A stretch of DNA of 64,000 nt from a virus: IMG/VR virus record IMGVR_UViG_3300020166_000747; one strand, written 5' to 3'. Numbering within the stretch: the first letter of the stretch is position 1; every line of letters begins with the position of its first letter. Shown here in pieces: positions 49,005 to 59,592 of the stretch. The notes below the pieces were generated by a model. That model did no database searches, was not told the DNA's origin, and saw only the letters and a program-made list of their open reading frames with translations. Made by a program: the position numbers and the translations under genes.

Positions 49005-50228
49005 CTACGTGTGATACTTAGTCTTAACACTGTCCCACGTACTTTGCATTTCTGCATTAGTATCTTTTCCACAGAAAATTGAACAAGTGCGTAAGCGTTT
49101 ATTTCTTACATTGTTATCGTTAAAGTTTTCGACATATTTTTCTTGGAACATTGGACCATCAATTATATCTTTCAGTGTAACATGGCGAAGAGAAATTTTA
49201 TCTTTACCATAATCATTGATAAACGATTTTAATTGTGATGTTTCTTCATTATCATATGCATAATACTTGCTTGCAGTGAAGCAACAGGGCCATACTAATC
49301 CTTCACTACTGACAAAGAAACTATCGGATTTCAAAACTAGACAATCAATTTTTGTAGAACCTAAATCTTTTTCCCATTGGGTCAATGGTCTAGTGTTATC
49401 CATTTTAAATGGCTTCGGAATATACTTAGGCCTATGTTCCTCTAACTTAAAAGTTTTTAATGCGTGTTTCGATTCTACATCCTCGCCGTCAACCTTGTTA
49501 AACGTTGTCTTACTAATATAATCCTTGATGACATTATTTTGCCAGCGACCTTCCATTGGAGGTTCAAGTACATAATCTAACTGTCCAGTTTCATTAAACA
49601 CATGCATTGCCGGAGTAGCCACTCTATCCGTATCACTATTGACAAATCCGAGTGCCTTTTTATGAAAGAAGTGATCAAACCCCATTTCTTTAGCTAGTGC
49701 CTCTGCTTCAGTAACTTGATGTTGATTGTGCTTGAATACTAAATAATCCCAACGTGCAGTTCCGCCAGCCCCTATATAATTTTTGGCTGCGGACATAATC
49801 TTATGCCAGTGAGTCCCACGACGATAGATATGGTTCGTATCTTCTAACCCATCGATACTAAAAGTAACATGCCCGTTACTACCGACAAGCCTACCTAAAT
49901 CCTGCCAGAACTTTTCATTACGTCCACTTGCATTAGTATTCATAGTCACTTTGATGTTTGGATTCAATTCCTTTGTGTACTCTAGAATTGAAATCAATTC
50001 TGGGTTTGTCATCGCATCGCCATAATTACCACAGAAAGAAATAGAAAATAATCTAGAGATTAATTCAACTGGGAACCATTTTTTGTATTGTTCTAACGTA
50101 ACATACGTTTCTGTAAACATCGGATTCTTTATACCGCCGGATTGTCGTCTGTTACAAACCGGACATAATGCGTTACACAAGCTGCTCACTTCTAAGTCCA
50201 AATGTTGTAGTCTGTCATATGTATACAT
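49005..50228 (-). CDS. Radical SAM/SPASM-twitch protein (GNYGD subtype)
   Basis: CNALCPVC, FCGNYGDA, FSIDG, PCC, CSIFC. Confidence 0.92.
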   Translation of the reverse strand: MYTYDRLQHLDLEVSSLCNALCPVCNRRQSGGIKNPMFTETYVTLEQYKKWFPVELISRLFSISFCGNYGDAMTNPELISILEYTKELNPNIKVTMNTNASGRNEKFWQDLGRLVGSNGHVTFSIDGLEDTNHIYRRGTHWHKIMSAAKNYIGAGGTARWDYLVFKHNQHQVTEAEALAKEMGFDHFFHKKALGFVNSDTDRVATPAMHVFNETGQLDYVLEPPMEGRWQNNVIKDYISKTTFNKVDGEDVESKHALKTFKLEEHRPKYIPKPFKMDNTRPLTQWEKDLGSTKIDCLVLKSDSFFVSSEGLVWPCCFTASKYYAYDNEETSQLKSFINDYGKDKISLRHVTLKDIIDGPMFQEKYVENFNDNNVRNKRLRTCSIFCGKDTNAEMQSTWDSVKTKYHT

Positions 50229-50230
50229 AA

Positions 50231-51421
50231 TTAATGTATCCTCTTAAATTCTGGTAAATAATCGCCGATAACTTGGTTACGTATCGTATCTAAGTTACGA
50301 GTGTATTCTTTTGCTTGTTCCCATTTCTCTGGTTTATCAGGTCCACCGAACATGTTTTTAAATTCTTTTAATTTGTAATCTTCAAATACATTACTAAATC
50401 GTTCATGTATGCTATCACGCATAGCTTTAGGTAATGCTGCAGGGGATAGAATGTCTGGATCATACACATAGTTATGATGAACCCATACTCCATGTTCTCT
50501 ATGGAAGAAGTTATAAAAGTCTCCTAGAGTAGAGTAGTTCATCCATGATACAGTTTGCGTTACATCAATTTCAAAGTCTTCTTCCTTAATACGTAAGAAG
50601 TTCTTCATAACAGTGTCCCATTTAGTTGGGTATCGAATGTAATGATTTCTATCACCTAGGTCGTCGATGCTACAACTAATCTTCACATGATCGAACTTTC
50701 TCCATAACTCTATCACTTCTTCACTCATTAGCGTCATGTTGATATTGTACCACAGTTTGATATCTGTTTTACCCATATCAACTAAACGCTCTAAGAACTT
50801 AAAGTGTTCTTTGATTAGTGTTGGTTCTCCACCATTAATATAGAATGTCTTTACTCTGTCGCAATGCTGTAGTAAGTCATTCCAGAACTCTTCACGTTCA
50901 GGCCATCTAAAGCCTTCCATCGTGTCATAGCTTGTGAGTTTGAATGTTGTACTGCTTTGTAGTTTGTCGTAATCGTTACGCCATTTAGATGATGATGCTG
51001 GATTACAAGTACGACATGCAACATTGCAAACATTACCTAATCTAAGCTCAACGAAATCGAGTTGTACATCTTTCATGTAGCCAGTATCGTCAGTGGCGTC
51101 CCTAGCGACTCCTACAGTGTACTCAGGATAGTTCTTAATCTCTTCTAACCGTTTGCTTTGCATACCTTTTGCTTCTTCCGAGTAACAACGCATACATGCC
51201 TTAGGCTTCTTTCCATCAAGTACTTGTACTCTTGCTTTGCGGAATGACTCGCTATTCATCGTTTCGAATACGGTATCTCTGTTGAGATTATAATAACGTC
51301 GATCACCATCTTTCGCACTACTAAGTGCTTGTCTGTGATCCGCAATACAGCAATGCGTCACACCCCCATGAGGATGTGTCGCTAGGTGTTGAAATAGTAA
51401 TGGGCAGAATGTATCAGTCAT
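50231..51421 (-). CDS. N-terminal twitch-domain radical SAM protein
   Basis: FCPLLF..HCC..CMRC then CNVACRTC, NGGEPT. Confidence 0.92.
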   Translation of the reverse strand: MTDTFCPLLFQHLATHPHGGVTHCCIADHRQALSSAKDGDRRYYNLNRDTVFETMNSESFRKARVQVLDGKKPKACMRCYSEEAKGMQSKRLEEIKNYPEYTVGVARDATDDTGYMKDVQLDFVELRLGNVCNVACRTCNPASSSKWRNDYDKLQSSTTFKLTSYDTMEGFRWPEREEFWNDLLQHCDRVKTFYINGGEPTLIKEHFKFLERLVDMGKTDIKLWYNINMTLMSEEVIELWRKFDHVKISCSIDDLGDRNHYIRYPTKWDTVMKNFLRIKEEDFEIDVTQTVSWMNYSTLGDFYNFFHREHGVWVHHNYVYDPDILSPAALPKAMRDSIHERFSNVFEDYKLKEFKNMFGGPDKPEKWEQAKEYTRNLDTIRNQVIGDYLPEFKRIH

Positions 51422-52697
51422 TATCTATTTGCCCGTGTACATACGCAGATAACTCAGGGTATACCGCTCTCCAATCTAAGTTTCTACGTTGATCCATCTT
51501 GTCGGAGTATGAAACGAATTCTCGTAACATTTCTAAATCAGGTTCATTACTTTCGATTGCTTTATAATATCCCGTTAACATATCAAATTCTTTAGTATCG
51601 GGGTTAACCAAATCTATTAGTTTTTGCAAGTCCGGTAACACGTAACTTCCAAACTTAGTTGGATCTAAAAATGGTGGGTTTTGAATAATGTTCCAGCTTT
51701 GTTCAATCTCTTTATCGTAACGTAGTTGATAGTCCAATACTTTTTGTCGTAATTCCCAATTAGTAGGCGTGGTCAGCGGACAAATTGTACTATGTACTTG
51801 AACTGTAATGCCATCTAATTCCATTAGTGTATTGAAGTTCTCTTCCCATTGCTCCAAGTCTATCCCGTAACGTGAATATTCTTGTTCAGGTCCCCATGCA
51901 TCAATACTACATACAACAATCCAATTGTCAATTTTCCCAGTAGCGATCATTTTTTGAATCCTTGCAAGTTTCTGTTTGAACAGGCGAGGTTTATGCATCA
52001 AATTACTAAACATCTTTATACCGATATTAGAATTATCATTCTCCGATTCTTCAAAGAATGATAAACATTCCTCGAACTCTTCTTTCTGATACAGTGGTTC
52101 GCCACCTAAAATATGAAACATTTTAATTTTGTGTGAATGTTCGTGCATCCATTCCCAGAACTCACCCTTGCGCTTTTCGTATCTATTTGAACTTGAGAAA
52201 TTACCATCAAGACTATAGTACTTACTAGCAGGACCATACTTTTTAATCTCTGCTTCAATTTTACTACTAAATTGCGGTGTGCAATATGTACATGCTAGAT
52301 TACATGTATTCTTAAAGTATACCTCAACACAGGTAGGAGTCACTTCGTCTTGTAATTCGTTGTTTTCAGAATACATAATTTCATGCGGATTCCAATTATT
52401 CATCGGAGTGAAAACCTGTCTTTCACTCTTGCCGCCGGAATCTTCGACACGTTTGCAGTATTGGCAACTGTCCTTAGGCCACTTCCCATCAACCATGCGC
52501 TTGCGTTCTTCAACTAATTTCGGATGCTTGTTAAAATCTTTAAAATTATCGTCCGGCGATAGATTAAATCCGCCGGTTCGGTGACACATATTGATTTGGT
52601 CAAGACTTAGATATAATGTTAACCAACTCCATTTTAACGCACACGCTGCCTCATTCTGAATAGGGAACATTCTTCCTGATTTATTTTCTTCCATCAA
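51414..52697 (-). CDS. N-terminal twitch-domain radical SAM protein (CxxKW subtype)
   Basis: CALKW..MCHR..CQYC then CNLACTYC, LGGEPL. Confidence 0.92.
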   Translation of the reverse strand: MMEENKSGRMFPIQNEAACALKWSWLTLYLSLDQINMCHRTGGFNLSPDDNFKDFNKHPKLVEERKRMVDGKWPKDSCQYCKRVEDSGGKSERQVFTPMNNWNPHEIMYSENNELQDEVTPTCVEVYFKNTCNLACTYCTPQFSSKIEAEIKKYGPASKYYSLDGNFSSSNRYEKRKGEFWEWMHEHSHKIKMFHILGGEPLYQKEEFEECLSFFEESENDNSNIGIKMFSNLMHKPRLFKQKLARIQKMIATGKIDNWIVVCSIDAWGPEQEYSRYGIDLEQWEENFNTLMELDGITVQVHSTICPLTTPTNWELRQKVLDYQLRYDKEIEQSWNIIQNPPFLDPTKFGSYVLPDLQKLIDLVNPDTKEFDMLTGYYKAIESNEPDLEMLREFVSYSDKMDQRRNLDWRAVYPELSAYVHGQIDND

Positions 52698-54081
52698 ATC
52701 GTCTCCACCAAAGATACAGTTCTGTATCTAATTTGTAAATATCTTCTAGCCGATATTGTTCTTGTCTAATCTGGTCAAGTCTATCTTGATATCCTTTACC
52801 ATTCTTAAACTCTTGTTCGTGTGTATCTGGCCATTGTTCTGCAAATGTCGGACGTTTCTTCATTTCATGTAGAGTGTTAATAAGTGTCTCTTGCTTTTGT
52901 GTACCACGTGGTTCCATATATGCTAATAACTCATCAATTTTTCTGTCAAGAATATGACGTGGCCACGCAAACGGTGACATAACAATATCAGCATGAAATG
53001 CAAACATGATTTTTGTTTCCATGCGCACATCTAATTCTAGTGATAAGTCAAACAAATCTTTTAATGAGAACATGCCTGGACCTGTGATAGTCAAGTCAAA
53101 TAGCATTTTATGCTTACCACCAGGTGCTGCCAGTCCTTGCTTGAAGTTATCTAGCCATTCTTCCCATACGATACCCTTACGAATAAACTCTACAATATCA
53201 CCAGTACCATCGATAGATGCGCACATTAACCAGTCTTTAAACTGTGGTAGATAATCAAATAGATTTTTACCTTTGAAGTCTACACGTGATAGATTAGAAT
53301 TATAACGCAAATAACAGTTCTTTGCAGAACCGTTGTTTACCATTTCTTCTAATGCCCACCAATGCATATCATACATAAGAGGTTCGCCGCCGACCCAATA
53401 GATTTCTTCTACTATGCCGTCACTAATTGCTTTCTTGAACTCAGGTTCAGCAACGTCTTTCTGAAACTTTTGCATTTTCTGTTTAACAGTAGGTTGCATA
53501 AAGGGCTGATTTTCAATACTCCACATGTCGTGTTTCTTCTTTTCAGCTTCCCATGCACTTGATAATTGCTCACCGCACATACGACACTTGAAGTTGCACA
53601 AGTTTGAATAACGATAGTCAAAGGAAATTACTGGCATTTCTGTACGCCCATCATCATCTGTCTTATCAAATGCTTCTTGTATCTTATCTTTGAATAGTAC
53701 ACCTGTGAACCATTTGCGATACGAACTTAGTGATAGAGTGTCATCATTACACACATCACATTGTGGAATGCGCTCTCCTGCCATTAGCTTCTTACGAATG
53801 TCACGCATGTAAGGAGAGTTCCAATGTTCTTCTAGCGTTGTTGGATTAAAGTCATCAACGTCAGTTTTAGAATCTGTTACTTCCCCATACTTTGAATCAT
53901 TTGATGCATCGATATACTGCTTTTGAAAAGAGTGTTCTTCACGTGATGCACAACACATTCTACGTTCACCTTGTGGCGAGATATAAGTATGTGACCACGG
54001 TGCCATACAGAAAGTTTTGTTTTCACTTTCTTCAGCACAACTTGCATCATCTTTCCAGATTGGTACGATTCGTTTAGTCAA
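52681..54081 (-). CDS. N-terminal twitch-domain radical SAM protein
   Basis: FCMAPW..MCC..CDVC then CNFKCRMC, VGGEPL. Confidence 0.92.
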   Translation of the reverse strand: MTKRIVPIWKDDASCAEESENKTFCMAPWSHTYISPQGERRMCCASREEHSFQKQYIDASNDSKYGEVTDSKTDVDDFNPTTLEEHWNSPYMRDIRKKLMAGERIPQCDVCNDDTLSLSSYRKWFTGVLFKDKIQEAFDKTDDDGRTEMPVISFDYRYSNLCNFKCRMCGEQLSSAWEAEKKKHDMWSIENQPFMQPTVKQKMQKFQKDVAEPEFKKAISDGIVEEIYWVGGEPLMYDMHWWALEEMVNNGSAKNCYLRYNSNLSRVDFKGKNLFDYLPQFKDWLMCASIDGTGDIVEFIRKGIVWEEWLDNFKQGLAAPGGKHKMLFDLTITGPGMFSLKDLFDLSLELDVRMETKIMFAFHADIVMSPFAWPRHILDRKIDELLAYMEPRGTQKQETLINTLHEMKKRPTFAEQWPDTHEQEFKNGKGYQDRLDQIRQEQYRLEDIYKLDTELYLWWRRFDGRK

Positions 54082-55624
54082 CTATAATTCCTCCGAGGGC
54101 ATCAGTCTCCGTATCCCACCCACCTACTTTTATTTTCTGTTCGTGTGCGTCATCTCCGCTACCATACTCTTCAGTCGTAGCAGGATCAAGCCCACGTGGT
54201 GCATTTTCAAGAATAAATGTCTTAGACTTTATTTGTTCAGCGGTGGGGACTTCTGCCTCAAGTGTGTTATACCAATCAGCCATCGGACCTTTAAAGGTTT
54301 CAGCGAAACTCTTATTACGTCTTACATCAAACTGTGAAAAGAATGCCTTAAAGTCGTTGTACAATTTACCTTGATCTGCTGTGTTCTTATGTGGTGTTTT
54401 AACAATATCAAGATAGTCGATCAGTCTGCGTACACTTGCGCGTTCATGTTCGAATATTTTTTTACTATTAAGAAAAAGCCATGAAGTCAATTTGTCTTTG
54501 TAGTATTTTTTAAGATGTTCTGGTAAAATCGCGGCACTCTGAAAACTTGGGAATCGTAGAATGTTCAATGTAAGCGAAGGAGCACGTGGTCCGTATTCTT
54601 CACGTAGTTCAACTATTTCATCCATAAATTCAGTGATGCTATTTAAGCACAACGAATTGATTGTCATCATCATATGTAGTTTCTGTACATTAGATTCTTT
54701 AAGAACACGATGGATACTATTCATCCATTTGTCATAATCCAAACCGTCACGTATATACTCAGCTTGATCTTTTGTTGCTTCCATAGAAGTGTAGATTTCA
54801 AAGTTAGGAACATACCAAGACTTTTCAATCAACTTGTCTAGTACTTTAGGAGTTTCTGGTGACAAGTTACTATTAATAGCAAATCGCATATTACGACCAC
54901 GATCTGGGTTCTTTTCAAACCAATCAAACAACTTCCAAGTACCCGTATGCATGATGGGTTCGCCACCAGTAATACGAATTTCTTCTAGACTGTCTGCTAA
55001 ATCACTTTCCCACCATGTATGAAACGCTTGAATGAATGGATTGTCTTCTGCTTTCTTTGTTGTAGGTTCTGCCCACGGAGCAGTGTCCATAAAGTGGCCG
55101 CGCCCATCAGACTGAATATTTTGATATGCGCCATAATCATTGATGTCTTTAACCCATGCAGTTGAGAATGCTGGATTACAGTAAGTACACTTTAGATTAC
55201 ATGCTCTATCAAATGAGATTTCAAGTGTACGCAACGGTACATTGGAATCCCATGGCATTTCCATACTCTTGTCAAGGTCTTCATTGCTGAAGATTTCAGT
55301 TTTGAATACGCGGTCAGAGATATGGTCTTTGCCCATATCTTCTACTTTCCAACAGTATTCGCATTCACTAGGACGTTCGCCCTCTTGCATCATCTTACGC
55401 ATCTTCTTCTTATGCATAGTATTATGAATTGCAGAAGGATTGTCTTTTAGTTCTTCGACTGGAATCCAGTGTCCAGGTGGGTGATGACAACTTGTAGTTT
55501 GCCCATGACCCAACCAAATAGTTGCATTATACCATTTTGCACCACAATAGCTTGCGCTCTTGGTATCAATTATACGTTCTTTATACTGATGAAGGGTTTC
55601 CCCATTCTTGTTGTCACGCGCCAT
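54074..55624 (-). CDS. N-terminal twitch-domain radical SAM protein (CxxKW subtype)
   Basis: CGAKW..SCHH..CEYC then CNLKCTYC, TGGEPI. Confidence 0.92.
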   Translation of the reverse strand: MARDNKNGETLHQYKERIIDTKSASYCGAKWYNATIWLGHGQTTSCHHPPGHWIPVEELKDNPSAIHNTMHKKKMRKMMQEGERPSECEYCWKVEDMGKDHISDRVFKTEIFSNEDLDKSMEMPWDSNVPLRTLEISFDRACNLKCTYCNPAFSTAWVKDINDYGAYQNIQSDGRGHFMDTAPWAEPTTKKAEDNPFIQAFHTWWESDLADSLEEIRITGGEPIMHTGTWKLFDWFEKNPDRGRNMRFAINSNLSPETPKVLDKLIEKSWYVPNFEIYTSMEATKDQAEYIRDGLDYDKWMNSIHRVLKESNVQKLHMMMTINSLCLNSITEFMDEIVELREEYGPRAPSLTLNILRFPSFQSAAILPEHLKKYYKDKLTSWLFLNSKKIFEHERASVRRLIDYLDIVKTPHKNTADQGKLYNDFKAFFSQFDVRRNKSFAETFKGPMADWYNTLEAEVPTAEQIKSKTFILENAPRGLDPATTEEYGSGDDAHEQKIKVGGWDTETDALGGIIVD

Positions 55625-57182
55625 ATTTTACCTCGTATTCTTCTTTAGCTTCATTCCAAAAGTCTGTCATTTCAGGGAATGTTTCTAAGAAATTTAGTCC
55701 CCTACGCTTATCATACTGTGTAAAGTATTCGTAGAAACGAATTAACTTATCACTTAATTCTGCGTCACTCATATTTAGTCCTTCTTTTGCCCAAGCCAAA
55801 TCACGCTCAAGTTTTAAGACTTCATAGTTCTTAAATCCAGTATACTTACGTCCATACAAATCATTTGGTAGAACATTTGCTTTCATGTAATCGATATTGC
55901 TTTGAATAGTATCAAGCATGATTGGATCTGCTAGTTGAATTGTCATCCAGTCTGGATAACGTAAGTAAGGAATATCAAACCAAACACGTTGACGTTTCTT
56001 GCGCACAAATTTTGGATGCTTAAATCCATTTCGGTCGGGAGGCTGAATAACTTTGTCTTCTTGATTTTCATACCCAAATTCTTCGCGCAACTTTAGAATC
56101 ATATCTAAGAACCCACGTAAATTTGGTATACTAAGGAGAGTAAAAGTGTTAATAAACGAAATCTCTGTACCATCTGTTTCAGACAATACTCGACGGCAAT
56201 TTTCATACATCGTATCAAAATCAAGGCCATCACGAAGATATTCAGCCTGCTTCCCGACACTATCAACACTAACATATAAACTAAAATGCTTACATGCTGG
56301 TGCGACATACCAATGATTTCCGCTATCTGGGTTGAAACGTTCTGGATCTTCCCAAACGCGGACTTCTTCTAATTTCTGTATTTTCTCAATGAACTTATCC
56401 ATTAACGCTGGTTGAGGAGGCGCCATGTTTGACGTAATACTCAAGTCTAAGAATGCGTTTGGATTTTCATTGACATAATCTAATACTTTGAATGTATTCT
56501 TATCCATAAGAGGTTCACCACCTGTCATTCGGAATACTTTCAATTCGTTGTACACTTCTGGAAACCATTTCCAAAATGCTTCAATATAAGGATTATCTTT
56601 ACGTGCTACTTCAAGTGGCATCATACCAGTCTTACGTAGATAATCAATATCATTATGCCCAGTACCGTTAGCAAATCTAAAGCCACCATGTTTCTTAACA
56701 TCATCTTCCCATGCAGTAGATAGATGCGGAGAACAATAAGAACACTTTAGATTACATGCTTGATTGAAATTTACTTCAACGTATCGCGGTGTTATCTTGT
56801 GATCCCAAGGATTGTTTACTACTTCGTCCCATGCTTCTTTGACCCACCACTCACTACTGCGATAGTGTCTATCACTTAGACGACCACCTTCCGGGGCATT
56901 CGGTGCATCTTCTACATTCCAACAATACTGACAACCTTCAGGACGTTCACCCTGCAACATTTGCTTACGCTCTTGCATCTTAAATGTTGTATTGTGTAAT
57001 GCACCTACATCTTTTTTCAGTTCATCTAACGGAATAGCATGTGTAGGTGGATGATAACAACTATGTGTACGGCCTTGCGGCAGATGCAAACTTACTTGCA
57101 ACCACTTTGCCATACACATAGATGGTGAAATAGAATTTAGCTTTTGACGTGTGCTTACTGCATCGTCATCATAATTTGACAT
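55614..57182 (-). CDS. N-terminal twitch-domain radical SAM protein (CxxKW subtype)
   Basis: CMAKW..SCYH..CQYC then CNLKCSYC, TGGEPL. Confidence 0.92.
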   Translation of the reverse strand: MSNYDDDAVSTRQKLNSISPSMCMAKWLQVSLHLPQGRTHSCYHPPTHAIPLDELKKDVGALHNTTFKMQERKQMLQGERPEGCQYCWNVEDAPNAPEGGRLSDRHYRSSEWWVKEAWDEVVNNPWDHKITPRYVEVNFNQACNLKCSYCSPHLSTAWEDDVKKHGGFRFANGTGHNDIDYLRKTGMMPLEVARKDNPYIEAFWKWFPEVYNELKVFRMTGGEPLMDKNTFKVLDYVNENPNAFLDLSITSNMAPPQPALMDKFIEKIQKLEEVRVWEDPERFNPDSGNHWYVAPACKHFSLYVSVDSVGKQAEYLRDGLDFDTMYENCRRVLSETDGTEISFINTFTLLSIPNLRGFLDMILKLREEFGYENQEDKVIQPPDRNGFKHPKFVRKKRQRVWFDIPYLRYPDWMTIQLADPIMLDTIQSNIDYMKANVLPNDLYGRKYTGFKNYEVLKLERDLAWAKEGLNMSDAELSDKLIRFYEYFTQYDKRRGLNFLETFPEMTDFWNEAKEEYEVKYGA

Positions 57183-58160
57183 TTAATGTCCGCTCCAACC
57201 AGTGGTTTTTTCTGTTGCTAATGGATTCTTTACTCTTGGGGGATTTGAGTATACTCGCTTGAAAAATGCTGCTACTTCTGGAGTTGGATCACATAGTTCC
57301 ATACCAATCTTATCAACTAAGATATCACCGATACGCAAACATTCATCAAACAACTTATCATAGTCCCATTCTACTTTTGTGTTTTCGCATTTCATTTCAC
57401 CGCCTTTAAATGGTGGGAAGACTTCGTTTTCGAAATACTCTTTGAACCAATCATAGCTAGAAATGTTTTCTAGTACGAAATCAGGGTTAAGATTGATATC
57501 ATAGCAACCAAGACGTGCGCCGAATAATGCCCAGATGCCGTTCTCTACATCAGAACCAATGTTACACCATGTAATTAAACGCTCATAGTTCTTAGGCCAG
57601 ATACGTTTCTTAAAGTCTTCTACAGGAACTTTCTTACCTTCATCAAGTGACATTTTAGCACCTTCACGATAACCAGCACGGAATGCTTGGAACGGTGATC
57701 CTGCATTATATACGAGTGAGTACACATTGTTCATCTGAATATAGTTCAAGTCCCAACAGAAGTCAACCTTTTTTGTTTCATCTTCTGCATTTTCATGTGT
57801 CTTCATATCAAGTACAAGTTGTACTGGCCAGCATTTAATTCCGCCGTTGCCATAAACAAGTCCGTTCACAACGTTCTTCGCTGACCATGAGATAACCGAG
57901 TTAGCTAAGTCAGTGTCTTCTGGGAACGTAAGTTCAATATCAAAGAACTTTTCATCTACGATGTTATCACCGTCGATAGTAATAAATCTGTCTGTATCAC
58001 TTTGTCTCGCACATTCCTTGTGCGCATTATCAAAACCTTTAACGCCATCTACACGTTTTGCAAATGGAAACTTCTGTAGCAAGTCTGCCCAGTGTTTCTC
58101 TTTATTTGGTTCATCGTAACTTAGATAAAAGATATCTAGTTCACCAATTTCTAGTTTCAT
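57183..58160 (-). CDS. GT-A-like glycosyltransferase (single-unit homolog of the 1506-aa protein's C terminus)
   Basis: LSYDEP, AKRVDGVKGFDNAH, ITIDGD (DxD), YGNGGIK, AFRAGYREGAKM. Confidence 0.7.
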   Translation of the reverse strand: MKLEIGELDIFYLSYDEPNKEKHWADLLQKFPFAKRVDGVKGFDNAHKECARQSDTDRFITIDGDNIVDEKFFDIELTFPEDTDLANSVISWSAKNVVNGLVYGNGGIKCWPVQLVLDMKTHENAEDETKKVDFCWDLNYIQMNNVYSLVYNAGSPFQAFRAGYREGAKMSLDEGKKVPVEDFKKRIWPKNYERLITWCNIGSDVENGIWALFGARLGCYDINLNPDFVLENISSYDWFKEYFENEVFPPFKGGEMKCENTKVEWDYDKLFDECLRIGDILVDKIGMELCDPTPEVAAFFKRVYSNPPRVKNPLATEKTTGWSGH

Positions 58161-58162
58161 TC

Positions 58163-58738
58163 TTATGCTCTCCTTAACGAATAACTATCAAAATACTTAC
58201 GAGTGTAAATACTTATATCGTATTTATAGTCGTAGTTAATTGTTACTTTTTCACCACTCAGCAAATCACTAAACTTAATCATTTGCATACTAATCAGGAA
58301 CTCTGGTTTATCTTTGTGTGTAATAAAGAAAGGATGTGAATCAGTTCCAGCAACTACAACTGATTGGTTCTTGTCTACGTTTGAACGTGCTACTAGGTCA
58401 TCACTTGCACTGATAACAACAGCATCATCTGTCATTTCTATATTGATATCAGCACCATCAATTTCTACAATCTTTGATATTTGGTTCTCTGCACTACGTT
58501 GCTTAATATTAACTTTACGCTTTACAATATCATATATCAATGGATTGTCACTACGCTTTACAGTATAATCTGAAAACTTATATGTACCATCGATAAACGG
58601 AAGAATATCATCTAGTTCAAATATCGCATACATGTTATCAGTGTCATCTGTTCTTCCACTGATACTTGTTATGGTACCAGTGTCATCAAAGTATACATAT
58701 CTGTTTGTTCTATTTTCTTCTAATGTACTTGTAATCAT
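58163..58738 (-). CDS. Hypothetical protein
   Basis: ORF coupled by ATGA; start reset to 58738. Confidence 0.7.
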   Translation of the reverse strand: MITSTLEENRTNRYVYFDDTGTITSISGRTDDTDNMYAIFELDDILPFIDGTYKFSDYTVKRSDNPLIYDIVKRKVNIKQRSAENQISKIVEIDGADINIEMTDDAVVISASDDLVARSNVDKNQSVVVAGTDSHPFFITHKDKPEFLISMQMIKFSDLLSGEKVTINYDYKYDISIYTRKYFDSYSLRRA

Positions 58739-59592
58739 AACACTGCCTTTTCGTAAGTCGCAATCTTTTCTTGTGTCATCCATTCTTTCTGTACATAGTG
58801 TACTGGAAGGTTCTGAACAAAGTTACCGATACGAACTTCAAGATTGTCTGCTAATTCACTTGGGATACTCTTTGTCCAGATGTTATCAATCTTTGCTCTT
58901 TCAATATTCTGAACATGTGATTTCATATGAACGAATGTAGGAACATCCTTAATATCATAATCGCACACAACTTCTTCAATGTCAAGTAGTTTAATCGCAA
59001 GAGCATATGCCATATCAGCACTCATCCAATTCTGACCGATACCTTTAAGAAACTTATCGTAGTAAACATTCCAATGTGTCATAATAAGTTCAATCATACG
59101 GAAAAACTCATATGCAGGTTGTGTCTTTTTAAAATACGAAAAGTTGCTGTATACGTCTGGCAGTTCTAGTTCTGTAAACTTCTTACGGTAGAAGTCATCT
59201 ACTACATCTTCGCCGCGAAATGTTTTTACGTTTGTACAACACCATACGTCTTTAGTAGCTAGATAATCCCACCAATGATCCACGCTGTGTGTAAACACCA
59301 TATCACTATCCAAGATAATCGTTTCATCAAACGGAGACATGTGAATGTACTTCCACTTATTATGAATCTTCCAATTATCTGTACCAGCATCATCATTCCA
59401 AGGAATATCTACAATATGGTCAAAGACTTTACGGTGTTTATCTTGTACTAAACTCTTAGTGTGTTCATCTACGCATACACAAATTGCGTTCTCTTGCTGT
59501 GTGGCTTTTAAACTAAGTGCTAGAGCATATGTCATTTCTAGGTAGTCAAACTCATTATTATTCTGAGCAATTACAATGTAACCTTTACTCAT
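58735..59592 (-). CDS. GT-A glycosyltransferase-like protein
   Basis: SPFDETIILDSD (DxD), YFKK, SAD, FVHMK, HY. Confidence 0.7.
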   Translation of the reverse strand: MSKGYIVIAQNNNEFDYLEMTYALALSLKATQQENAICVCVDEHTKSLVQDKHRKVFDHIVDIPWNDDAGTDNWKIHNKWKYIHMSPFDETIILDSDMVFTHSVDHWWDYLATKDVWCCTNVKTFRGEDVVDDFYRKKFTELELPDVYSNFSYFKKTQPAYEFFRMIELIMTHWNVYYDKFLKGIGQNWMSADMAYALAIKLLDIEEVVCDYDIKDVPTFVHMKSHVQNIERAKIDNIWTKSIPSELADNLEVRIGNFVQNLPVHYVQKEWMTQEKIATYEKAVL

